Assembly: GCA_951406725.2 (NCBI GenBank)
Contig: OX597829.1
Coordinates: 36,952,001-37,016,000 of the forward strand
DNA: 64,000 bases
Direction of reading: 5' to 3'
Source of the DNA: Octopus vulgaris
Taxonomy: Eukaryota
Shown: positions 52,955 to 64,000 of the stretch, piece after piece
Numbering within the stretch: position 1 is the first letter of the stretch
How the letters are laid out: each line of letters begins with the position of its first letter
Made by a program: the position numbers and the translations under genes
The notes under the pieces: model-generated
Seen by the model: the letters and a program-made list of their open reading frames with translations, nothing else
What the model was told of the DNA's origin: nothing
Databases searched by the model: none

Positions 52955-53715
52955 TTTAACAAAACATTCAACACCAGTTCTTTGTAAATTTCTTTTTTTT
53001 TTCTTTCCTTAGTTCCTTTTAAAAAACACATTTAACATTTAACAACACAAAGTTCTTTTTCTTTTGTTTTCAAACACAAAGTTCGTTTCTCAAAACATTT
53101 AACACAGTCCTTTTTCTTCTTTCTTTTCTTTTTTTCTTTTCCCTTCTTTTAAAAGCAGTCAACAACTCAGTTCTTTTTTTTCCTTTCCTTTCTTTTAAAT
53201 AAACACATTTAACAAAGTCCCCTTTCTCTTCCTTTCTTTTCAAACAGTTAACGTCACAAAGTTTTTCTCCTTCTTTTCTTAAAACATTTAACACCTAAGT
53301 TCGTTCCCTCTAAAACATACAAAAAACATTTACCGGCAACACTTTCTTCATTTTACATCTCAACTCGGCCAAGCGCAGCATCCCACAACATCACTTACCA
53401 GTCGTTCAGTTCTGGTCTCTCTCTCCAACTGCCCCTCGCAACTTAGCAATACTTGGATATATGAGGCCGTCCAACCAGAAAGAGAGGCATACCGTGCATA
53501 TTTCCCTTCCCAAAACTTTGTCTTCCTTAAACTCTCTGTGACCGTAGAGGGCCAGAGGTCAAGTGCCTACGGCCATAAACAACCATGCTCCTTGACAGGA
53601 CGAAGGAAATACCACTGACCTGAACAACTGGAACACTGTTTCGATCCCAGCTAATCGCAAAATGGGACATAATATTTTTTTCGTTTGTCTTCATTTTTTT
53701 TTTGTGTTTGTATCA
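52955..53715 (-). repeat. 3' LTR, lacking the terminal ~195 bp
   Basis: Direct repeat of ~58814-59613; starts TGATAC on the minus strand right after the PPT. Confidence 0.9.
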
Positions 53716-53728
53716 CTACCCCTTCCCT
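53716..53728 (-). promoter_or_regulatory. Polypurine tract
   Basis: AGGGAAGGGGTAG immediately before the 3' LTR. Confidence 0.85.
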
Positions 53729-53783
53729 AGACTTTTGTCGTCCCGACAAAAGCACACAGCATTTGTAACTCCTGAAGACTTTC

Positions 53784-56700
53784 TTAACAGGTGGGCTCAA
53801 CCCCTGAAGGCGTGCTCCTGCTGAACTGGCCAGACCCATGGTACTTCCATAGACGGTTTGCATGCACAATTTTTGGAGAAGACCTGCCTCCTCGAATCCG
53901 GTACGTCACATCGGACAGGCGATTCATCACGGTGTGAGGTCCCTCCCATAGACTCTGCAGCTTTGGCGACTGCCCTCTCTTCTGCTGTCGGTTATGAAAC
54001 CACACTTCATCACCCTCCTTAAACTCGACCTCACTAGCCCTGGTGTCATGCCGACGCTTCATCACTTCACCTGAAAATTTCAAAGCCTCTCTAACTTGTT
54101 GGTGTACCTCAATCAGCCTCTCTTGCAGATATTTCACATAGCTGGAGGTTTCCCTGGGTAGCTCCTCCCCTGGTGGTCTTCCCATCAACAGATCAACTGG
54201 GAGCCTTACTTCATGCCCCAACATCAGCTTTGCAGGTGTATACCCGGTAGTCTCATGTGTCGCCAAACGATAGGCGAGTAATAATGCAGTTAGCTTCAAA
54301 TCCCATTCCAACTGTCCTTCTACACAATATTTGGCTAGTTCTTATCATAGTGTCCAGTTAAGCCTCTCCACCATCCCGTCCGACTGTGGTCTCATTGGGG
54401 TTGTTCTGGTCTTCTTAATCCCCAACAGCTTACAACACTCCTGGAACAGCTGATTCAAAGTTCCTACCTTGATCGGAATGCAACTCCTGGGGCACCCCAA
54501 ACCGACAGAAGAACTGATCTACTAACACTTGCGCCACAGATGTGGCCTCCTGATCATGGATGGCATAGGCCTCAGGCCACTTTGTGAAGTAGTCCATGGC
54601 CACACATATGTACCTATTTCCTCTTTCCGTGAGTGGCAATGGTCCAGCAATATCCACAGCTACCCTTTCCATGGGCACACCCATCTGGTATAATTGCAGA
54701 GGCGCACACTCCAGCTTCTTCGGTCCCTTCTTGGTGCAGCATACATCACAAGATCGACACCATTCCTGGACGTCCTGACGCATGCTCATCCAATAGAATC
54801 TGTGCCGCAGCCGATTCACCGTTTTCTTTACCCCCAGATGTCCACTTGTAATTTGGTTGTGAGCTTCCAGCAGCTCAGGTCTCATCTTCTTGGGTATCAC
54901 TAACTGCCAATACTTATTAAGGCCATCAGGTGTCTCCCAGCGCCTCTCAAGCAGCCCGTCGTTCAGATGAAGAAGGTCTCACTGGCTCCAGTAGTTCTTA
55001 GTTTCAGGGCTGGACCTGGATAGCTCCTCCCAAGATAGTCTCGCTGCTTCCTGCTGCAGCCACTCTACTACTGGCCTTAAGTTGGCATCTTCCATCTGTC
55101 TCTTCTGTACTTCTCCAGTTGCCATATATCCAGTCACTGTAGTACGTTTGCACTTTTTATTGTGCTCTTCTCTTCCTGCACAATGCTTGCAGTCCAATTC
55201 ACAAGGACGACGACTCAGACTGTCAGCATTACCATGTGCCTGCTCTGGACAGTGCTGTACCTCATAGTTGTGTTGGTCCAGTTTTCCTAGCCAGCGTGCT
55301 AATTGTCCCTCCGGGATCTGTAGTGTCCGCAGCCACTTGAGTGCCGCATGGTCCATTCTGATAGTAAAGTGGGAACCGTACAGATACAGATGGAAAAAGT
55401 CAACGCTCATCATTACCGCCAAAAGCTCCTTACGGGTTATACAGTAGTTTCGCTCAGGTGGACTAAGCTTTTTACTGTAATACGCCACCACATATTCCTT
55501 GTCGCCCTTCCTCTGAGACAGTACTCCTCCAATACCATGGCTACTAGCGTCACAGTCCAGTATGAAAGGCTTGCTTAGGTCTGGGTACAGCAACACCGGA
55601 GAACTCACTAGCACCTGTTTGAGTCCGTCAAAAGCGCCCTGTGTCATGGCAGTCCACTCGAACTTTTGGCTCTTCCCCAGTAGTTTGTGCAATGGTGCAG
55701 CCACTGTAGCAAAGTCTTTTACAAAGCGCCTGTAATAGGTACACAGTCCGAGGAAACTCCTCAACTCCTTTACACAAGTTGGGACCGGCCAATCCTTCAT
55801 GGCGGCCACCTTCTCTGGGTCAGTACGGACACCGTCTTCGCCCACAATATGTCCCAGGTACCTTACTTTCTTCTGTAACAGACAGCACTTCTTCGGATTC
55901 AACTTGAGGTTTGCTGTTCAAAACCTCTCAAATACCCCTGATAACCTCTCCAGCGCTTGATCAAACGTTCAACCAAACACTATGACGTCATCAAGATAGA
56001 TGAGGGCGGCCTGCCAGTGCAGGCCCTCCAGTACCCGGTCCATAAGACGCTCGAAAGTTGCAGGGGCGTTACACAAGCCAAATGGCATCACATTGAACTG
56101 CCACAAACCCCGTCCGTACAAAAATGCAGTCTTTTCCCTATCTTTTTCGGCAATCTTAATTTGATGGTATCCAGCTTTCATATCCAATGTAGAGAACTAC
56201 CGAGCCCCGGCCAAAGCATCAAGTGTGTCATCAATTCTCGGCAGAGGATACGCATCCTTAACTGTCACTTCATTGAGCGCTCTGTAATCTATGCAGCATC
56301 TCACTGTGCCGTCTTTCTTCCGCACTAAAACAATGGCTGTTGACCAGGGGCTGTTTGACTTTTCCACTACTCCCTGTCGTCGATGTTCCTCCATCACTTC
56401 TTCCATTTCCCGTCGCTGAACTGGGGCCATCCTCTGAGCTGGCTGCTTGATCAGGCAATGGCCACCCGTGTCGATATGGTGCTCCACCAGGTCTTTGCAA
56501 CCAAGGTCTAGATCTCTTGCAGAGAACACATCAGCATACCTCGCTAGTAGCTTCCTCAACCGCAACACCTGAGTGCCATCTAAGCACTGGCGACTCCATG
56601 CAAATAGATCTTGTAAATGCACAGGCAGACCATCACCTCCTTCAACTACTCTCCTGCTGTTACGCAACTGACCCTGCTGCTGGTCCAGTGCCTGGCACAG

Positions 56701-57330
56701 TCCCACGATTTGTCCTTTACAAATCTTCTGTGCCACTCTTCAGAAATTGGCTGCAACAACCAGCACTTCATCAGGTCCTGCCTCTACCAGGGTTCGTCTG
56801 ACCGTCACTCCAGCTTTCATCTTGCATTGTCTGTCGGGCTCCACCAACCCCAGGAAGCCATCAAGCAGATCGCTCACATGACACTGGAGCAGTTTTTCAG
56901 ATCTCAGTGGTATTATTGTCGTCCGTAGCACTCTGACCTCGCTACCAGGCACGGTCCGCTTTACCACCTTAACGGGGACTGGTCTTCCCTGTACCGAAAG
57001 CTTCATGGAACCCAAGTCCAGCTGACAAGCGTTCGACGCCAAATAATCCAGTCCCAAAATATACTGGTCTTCCATCTCCACCACATAGACAAGAAGCACG
57101 ACTTCTAGTCCAGCAACATCGATCCGGACATTAACCGGCGCTCTCAGCTCAGTACAATGTCCGGTAACACCACACAACTGCTGCGATGACTCTGGTAGAT
57201 ATAGATGCTGCAACACATCGGGCCTCACAAAGGTCTGTCCCGAGGCTGAATCAATCACAAGAGAACACGTCCGACCATTAACTCTTCCATCCACTCGTAT
57301 ACTGTCAATCCCGGACTCTGCACACTGTTT
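53784..57330 (-). pseudogene. Disrupted gypsy pol (PR, RT, RNase H, integrase)
   Basis: LVIDSAS; [30 protein letters not shown]; DCDAS..ELLAV..DH; HHCC, VDIAGP, SDQGRNFES, WEGP. Confidence 0.93.
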
Positions 57331-57373
57331 TGAGTGTGGGGCCTGTTTGGAATGTCTGGCTGGTGGTTGCTCC

Positions 57374-58565
57374 TTAATACCAGCTCCTCTTAGTTTTCCG
57401 ACTCTCTTTACTTTCCACTCTCCTTTCCGTAGTTCTTGTTGGGCAGCCATACCTCATGTGTCCCTTTTTTCCACATATCCAGCACTCACCCTTAAAAGTA
57501 GACCCTGCTCTATTGTTCTGTTTTCTCTCTCTCTTCAAGCTGTAGCAATCCTGCCGCTTGTGTCCAGGTCTCCCACAGTGCCAGCAACACACACCAGTCA
57601 TCTCTTCATCCTTCTCACAAAGTTCCTGACTATTCCCAAGTCTTTCAACCTCGTGGATATTTCCTCTCTTTGCCTGGAATCTAGAGCTGCCACTCACTCG
57701 GAAATTTCCGGTGCTAGATTTTATGTACGACTCAAATTCCAGAGCGCTAGCCAGCGCATCATGTATTGTACCTGGCCGTGTCTGCTTCACTTGGACATTG
57801 AGATTTGTACTGTCCAGGGCATCTATAAATTGCTCCTTCAAAAGAAGAGACAAGAGATCGGGGGTAGCTGTAGGGTAGGCTTTATGCATCATGCTCTCCG
57901 AGTCCTGGGCAATCTGCTGTAGGGGTTCCCCTCTAGCCTTGACACAGGTGCGGAAGTGTGCCCTGTACATTTCACTCTGGCATATAGTGCTATATTTCCT
58001 CTGGAGGACTTCCACCAGCGCCGAGTAATGACCCCTGTCTACTTCTGACATCCAGCCCAGCACCTCCAGTGGCAGGACCCTTCAAACTGGTGGCAAGCTC
58101 TTTGCCCCTCGTCCCAATGGTTCTGCTCCACCAGCATCTCAAACTGGATTCGGTAGGCCTCCCAAGACGCTTTGCCATCGAATTCCTGTGGTTTCTTCCT
58201 GATAGGAACCACAGAGCTACCTTGAACTCTGGGAGACAAGGGCCCAGACATTGGAGCATTACGATATGGTGTAGTAACAGCAACTACCTCAGGTTCAGCA
58301 ACCTTAGGCTCGGTGGTACAAAGTTTCTCTACACACTCCTTTCTCTTGTCAAGCCTGTCCATTTGCACCATGTGACATCACCACTCATTTCGCGCAACTC
58401 CTCCTTAAACTGTTGCTCTTTCTCCATTCTTCCCATGAATGTTTCCAGCTGATCTCGAAGTTGCGTTTGCTGCGTTGTCTGCTCTTTCAACATCTCCACA
58501 ACTGTAGCCAGGGATATCTCTTCCTTCCTGGACTGGCTCTTTGGACGTGCACCCTCCGAAGCCAT
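57374..58565 (-). pseudogene. Disrupted gag with two CCHC zinc knuckles
   Basis: KPQEFDGKASWEAYRIQFE, EQFIDAL..ALEFES, CWHCGRPGHKRQDC, CWICGKKGHMRYGC. Confidence 0.88.
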
Positions 58566-58596
58566 AGTGGATATCTGATTCACTGCAGCAATTAGG

Positions 58597-58614
58597 ATCC
58601 CACTTCTGACACCA
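58597..58614 (-). promoter_or_regulatory. Primer-binding site, tRNA-Leu type
   Basis: TGGTGTCAGAAGTGGGAT 2 nt after the 5' LTR end; complementary to a tRNA-Leu 3' end ATCCCACTTCTGACACCA. Confidence 0.85.
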
Positions 58615-58616
58615 GT

Positions 58617-59613
58617 TGTTACGCTGCACGCAGGCCTACGATGTCACCATGGGTCTTCACACAAACAGCCCGCAGTTTGCTGGCCCAGAGAAGCTCGCAT
58701 GCGATGACGACACTCAGTAGATCAGAAACCCGCTCTGGACAGCGAAACGCAGCCAGTAGAGCCAACAAGAACAAAAATAACACACAAGCGTTGCGTAGGC
58801 AAAGTATTTTTTTTTTAACAAAACATTCAACACCAGTTCTTTGGAAAGTTCTTTTTTTTTCTTTCCTTAGTTCCTTTTAAAAATCACATTTAACATTTAA
58901 CAACACAAAGTTCTTTTTCTTTTATTTTAAACACAAAGTTCGTTTCTCAAAACATTTAACACAGTCCTTTTTCTTCTTTCTTTTCTTTTTTTTCTTTTCC
59001 CTTCTTTTAAAAGCAGTCAACAACTCAGTTCTTTTTTTCCTTTCCTTTCTTTTAAATAAACACATTTAACAACAAAGTCCCCCTTTTCTTCCTTTCTTTT
59101 CAAACAGTTAACGTCACAAAGTTTTTCTCCTTCTTTTCTTAAAACATTTAACATCACAAAGTTTTCTCTTTTCCTTCCTAAAACATTTAACACCAAAGTT
59201 CGTTCCCTTTAAAACACACGAAACACATTTACCGGTAACACTTTCTTCCTTACTCGGCCCAAGAGTAGTATCCCGCTACCTCACTTGCCAGTCATTCAGT
59301 TCCGGTCTCTCTCTCCAACTGTCCCTCGCAACTTAGCGATACCCGGATATATGAAGCCGACCAGCCAGAAAGAGAGGCATCCCGCATGTAACAGTGCGTA
59401 TTTCCCTTCCCAAAACTTTGTCTTCGTTAAACTCTCTGTGACTGCAGAGGGCCAGAGGTCAAGTGCCTACAGCCACAAACAACCGTGCTCCCTGACAGGA
59501 CGAAGGAAATACCACTGACCTGAACAACTGGAACACTGTTTCAATCCCAGCTAATCGCAAAATGGGAGATAATATTTTTTCGTTAGTCTTCATTTTTTCT
59601 TGCGTTCGTATCA
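58617..59613 (-). repeat. 5' LTR (~1 kb)
   Basis: Minus-strand termini TGATACG...CGTAACA. Confidence 0.9.
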
Positions 59614-59621
59614 ATATAAAT

Positions 59622-59679
<58 letters not shown>

Positions 59680-59680
59680 A

Positions 59681-60064
59681 TCTCTCTCTATATAAATGGC
59701 AGTTTGTCTGTGTGCGTGTCTGTGTGTCTGTTAGGTTGTACCCTCACCCTGACCACGGCTTTCAACCGATTCTGATGAAACTTGACACACACATAGCCCA
59801 ATGTCATAATTCAAAACTAACGCAGCGAAAATTTTGAAAAGTTCCCCCAGTTCTGAAAAAAATCGATAAATTCGACATGGGGTCGAGAATCAGAAACACA
59901 AACCACAGACTGTCTAGGGGACGTAACTCGACCTTTTTAACTCTCAAAAAAAATTTACCATCATTTTTTTTCTATTTTTTTGCTATTTTTTGGCTATAAC
60001 TCTCTAAAAATGCTTTATAGTTATTTCCCTTACAAACCCGAGCAACGCCGGGCGATACTGCTAG
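59681..60064 (+). mobile_element. Non-autonomous Helitron (longer copy)
   Basis: TC...CTAG, subterminal hairpin, A|T site; homologous to 35262-35583. Confidence 0.88.
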
Positions 60065-60474
60065 TATGTATATATATGTGTATATATTGATATATATATG
60101 TATGAAAAAGAAAAAGAGTATATATATAAAGAAAAATATGTGTATATATAGATGTATATATATATGTGTGTATATATAGATATATATATATATGTGTGTA
60201 TATATAGATGTATATATATATGTATGTATATATGTGTATATATAGATGTATATATATATATGTATATATGATGATATATAAATGTGTGTGTATATATACA
60301 TATATATATATATGTATACATATATGTGTGTATATATGTATATATGTGTGTGTATATATGTATATATATATATGTGTGTGTATATATGTATATATATGTG
60401 TATATATATATATGTATATATATGTGTGTGTATATATATATATGTGTGTGTGTGTGTATATGCATATATATATA

Positions 60475-60812
60475 TAAAATAAAATACAAAATGGGACAAG
60501 AACGCAAAGCATCTGGACAACCAGGTGACACTAAAGGGTATAACAAAACATCCAGATAGATGATACAAAAAAAAATGGACGGGTCATTCAAAGCCTTTTA
60601 TTTTTAGTCTAGAACTGGATCATCCTCGCAATTTCGGCTGATTAATCTTGAGATTGCTCCAATCAATCCAGCCCCAAGAAAAAACTAAGCTAAGAGCATT
60701 AGATTCCTTGGGGAAAAGCATCGAATGTGTACGAAACAAGGACGGAAAAACAGACGATGTTACAGGAATATAAATACAAAAGTACAATAAAAAACAATAG
60801 TAATAATAATTA
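60475..60812. repeat. Unclassified non-coding interspersed sequence between (TA)n and (AAT)n
   Basis: Unique-looking block bounded by microsatellites; family not identifiable from this window. Confidence 0.35.
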
Positions 60813-61348
60813 ATTCTGATTGATAGGTTAAAAGGTGACTGTCTGTCTTCCTGAAGTTAGTGTTGCCGATTAAAAGGTTACATGCATCACAAAATTCCAG
60901 TAGCCTAGTTCCCTCATCGTTTCGGGTGCCAATACCATGGCCACCATGTACCCTAGTGAAGATACCCGATTCCTGTCTAACATGCCCATTTAAGTTTCCA
61001 GCCACAAAGATGAGGTCATTGCCACTCATCTTTGAGATAGCCTGTAGAAGGGTATCATAAAAGTAATCCTTCTGATCATTTGGTAGCACCGCATGTGGGG
61101 CGTAGGCGGAGATAATCGTAGGTGTGCCGTTCTGTAGGACTAGCTTGAGCTTAAGCACTCTATAGCATACCCTGACAACCTCTATGACCTTATCCACCCA
61201 TTTCTCCACAAGGAGTATGCCTACACCCCCTACACCATCCATGTTACCTTGCCAGAGGACTTATACCTATGTGCCATGCCTGTGAGGACCCTAGCTGAAG
61301 CACCTCTTCATCTTACTTTGTGTATGCAGCATACATCAACCCGTCTCT
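60813..61348 (-). mobile_element. RTE APE-domain fragment
   Basis: GVGILLVEKWVDKV..AGNLNGHV..LLEFCDA..NTNFRK. Confidence 0.9.
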
Positions 61349-61358
61349 ATATATGTAT

Positions 61359-62971
61359 ATCATCATCATCATCATCATCGTTTAACGTCCGCTTTCCGCG
61401 CTAGCACGGGTTGGACGGTTTGACCGGGTCTGGGAAGCCAGGGGCCGCACCAGGCTCCAGTCTGAATCTGGCAGAGTTTCTACGGCTGGATGCCCTTCCT
61501 AACGCCAACCACTCCGTGAGTGGATTGGGTGCTTTTTACGTGCCACCTGCACAGGGGCCGGAGGGTCCGGCATCGTCACGATCGGTTCGAGCATTTTAAC
61601 GTGTCAGCGGCACGGGGGCAACGAGGTCCGGGGTACTTTGGGGATCCAGGGTACTTTGGGGATCCGGGGTACTTAGAATGAGTAGGGGGTATGTGGAATT
61701 GCTGCAGAAAGTAGCCCGGGTCTTTGTAGTCACAGCATATATCGTCACTGAGTAACGTAATTAGGTAGAGGAAAGAAATACAGATATTCTAGAGTTGAGT
61801 TGGGGAGGGGGAGGTCCAGTTGAGGCGGGTAATATAGGAGAGCAACCAGTGGGGAAGGTTGGGGTAAGGAGGAACGATGGCAGGAAGGGTTGGTGTAGGT
61901 TCCTAAGAAATAAAGACATTCGTTATCGTCACTGAGTAACGTTATTAGGTAGAGGAAAGAATACAGATATTCTAGAGTTGAGTTGGGGGAGGGGGCGTCC
62001 AGTTGAGGTGGGTAATATAGGGGAGCAACCAGTGGGGAAGGTTGGGGTAAGGAGGAACGATGGCAGGAAGGGTTGGTGTAGGTTCCTAAGAAATAAAAAC
62101 GTAGGATATTACGAGGCGGGAGGGTGCTAAAGGGGATAGTCGGAATGAGGCAGTGTCAGGAGGAAGCGTAAGATCGGTGGGCAGTTGATGAGCTATGGCG
62201 CTAGCAGCTTGTCTTTTCACAGTGAAAGCATATGAGGAGAAGGGGTAGTGGGGGGAGGAGGAGGGAGTAGGGCGTACCCGGTGTAGATGAGTAAGGCGTA
62301 TCCGGTGTAGATGGTGAGGACAGGGTATACTGGTATTGGTGGTGGGGGGTGAGGAACAGTGTTCACCGGTATTGGTGGTGTTGGCGGTGGGAACAGTGTT
62401 CACCGGTATTGGTGGTGGGGGTGAGAACAGTGTTCATCGGTATTGGTGGTGGGGGTGGGGGGGGCGCACCGCCAATGGCTGAAAGATGGGAAGAGATGGG
62501 ATTACGGCTTGAGGTAGCCTAGCCTAAGGTTAAATTTTGTAGAGAGAGAGATAGAAAGATAAATCAAGTTATGGCGAAGGCTTGAAAGTAGCCTAAAAAG
62601 GTTAAATTTTCGTAACAATGTATGAATAAACGTAGTAACAACGAATAAAATAGTAAGATAAATTTTTAAGAACTTGCTGCGGACATCGATCGGGAGTTGA
62701 AATTGAAGAAGAAAGTAAGTTGAATTGGGAATTTAAATTGTAGAATCGTAATGGTAAGAGGAGGAAAAAGACCGCCAATGGCTGAAAGATGGGAAGAGAT
62801 GGGATTACGGCTTGAGGTAGCCTAGCCTAAGGTTAAATTTTGTAGAGAGAGAGATAGAAAGATAAATCAAGTTATGGCGAAGGCTTGAAAGTAGCCTAAA
62901 AAGGTTAAATTTTCGTAACAATGTATGAATAAACGTAGTAACAACGAATAAAATAGTAAGATAAATTTTTA
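61359..62971 (-). mobile_element. Non-coding composite retroelement: 303-bp and 184-bp tandem monomers plus RTE-type (GAT)n tail
   Basis: Repeat starts 62468/62771 and 61741/61925; tail near-identical to 33000-33338. Confidence 0.75.
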
Positions 62972-64000
62972 GTGTATATATATATAATGTATATATGTGT
63001 ATACATATATGTGTATGTATATATGTGTATATATATATGTGTATGCATATGTGTGTATATATATGTGTGTGTGTGTATACATATATGTGTATATATGTAT
63101 AACAAAAGCTGTTACTCAGAGTTTCACATTCCCGTTTGTCGGACAGTGTTGCTAAGATAGAACAGAAATAATGATATGATGAAAACTAGTTAAAGGATAC
63201 ACCTTTAAAAATGGATTGGTTTCATTGGTCCTCTTAAATAACGGTTTTAAGCATGCAATAAACAAAATAAGCAAAATAAATGAATTCAATATACATTGAT
63301 CCTATTATAAAAAATCTAGGAAAAACCTTAAATTGAAGAGTGGATTCAAAATACATATTGTCAGTAAGTATATTTGAAATATAATCTGATTAATACAATT
63401 AATACATTAAAAATTAAAATATTTTGCAACAGTATATACGCATACTAAACCATCAATATACATATATTCATTGATATACACAGACCACATACATATGCAG
63501 ACATATATATTTAAGACGTAAATATACACACAAATACACATATACATATGTTTAGATATGTATGCAATCTTGCCGGCATGCAAAAATCAATTGGTGTATA
63601 ATATGGACTAGAAGTAAAACGCAGAGAGGGGAAAAGAAAAAGAAAAGGGGGAGGATCTTATAAGTAACAGTTAGCTAAAGAAGTAAGAGTAGGGGAAGGG
63701 CACGCAAAGTTGAAGTACTCTATACAAGTAATGAATAGGGGGAGAAAAATACTTTTCCATAATGAAGGAAAGGAAGAAAGAAAGATAGGAGGCTTAATAT
63801 GTGTAACGAACATACACAAAATAAAATTACGTATGTATGTGTATATAAAAGTGTATGTTAGCAATACATACACATATAAGAACACATAAATATATGGAAA
63901 TAAGTACATAAATACACATCCACACAAATTCAAGTGAATACATGCATACATATACATCCATGTATGTGCACAAGTATAAACATACATGCTTACTTACACA

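Larger units (their letters stand above)
52955..59613 (-). mobile_element. Ty3/gypsy LTR retrotransposon, near full-length, disabled
   Basis: LTR-PBS-gag-PR-RT-RH-IN-PPT-LTR order; stops and frameshifts throughout. Confidence 0.96.

Noticed and set aside
58597-58614. tRNA-like sequence ending in CCA
   Set aside because: Only 18 nt and adjacent to the LTR, so it is the PBS, not a tRNA gene; SINE heads were likewise not called as tRNAs
60615-60690. GGCTG..CAGCC-GAAA stem on the minus strand
   Set aside because: No CUGANGA-like core in the right position

Overview
AT-rich, repeat-saturated animal genomic DNA. The repeat complement (RTE LINEs with (GAT)n tails, tRNA-derived SINEs, huge (TA)n arrays) suggests an octopus/cephalopod; this is an inference. 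The only recognisable host gene is the first coding exon of a WDR20/DMWD-family gene (27296-27544, +), followed by a GT donor and an intron running off the window (>36 kb). The rest is decayed mobile DNA: RTE, R4/Dong-like and CR1-type LINEs, a Penelope-like element, mariner relics, non-autonomous Helitrons, a solo LTR, a near full-length Ty3/gypsy element (52955-59613, -), SINEs and a ~9 kb palindromic TA-derived satellite. Most supplied ORFs are microsatellite or antisense artefacts. The most unusual signals are three hammerhead-ribozyme-like motifs (two share a non-canonical A·A at the base of stem II). One sits in an interleaved inverted-repeat unit that reads like a circularly permuted ~565-nt RNA. 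Also notable: a young tandem-monomer non-coding element carrying the RTE 3' tail, a likely gene-conversion tract, templated insertions, and a TE strand-bias switch at the WDR20 promoter. Coordinates were read by eye, degraded-element edges are approximate, and no database search was run.
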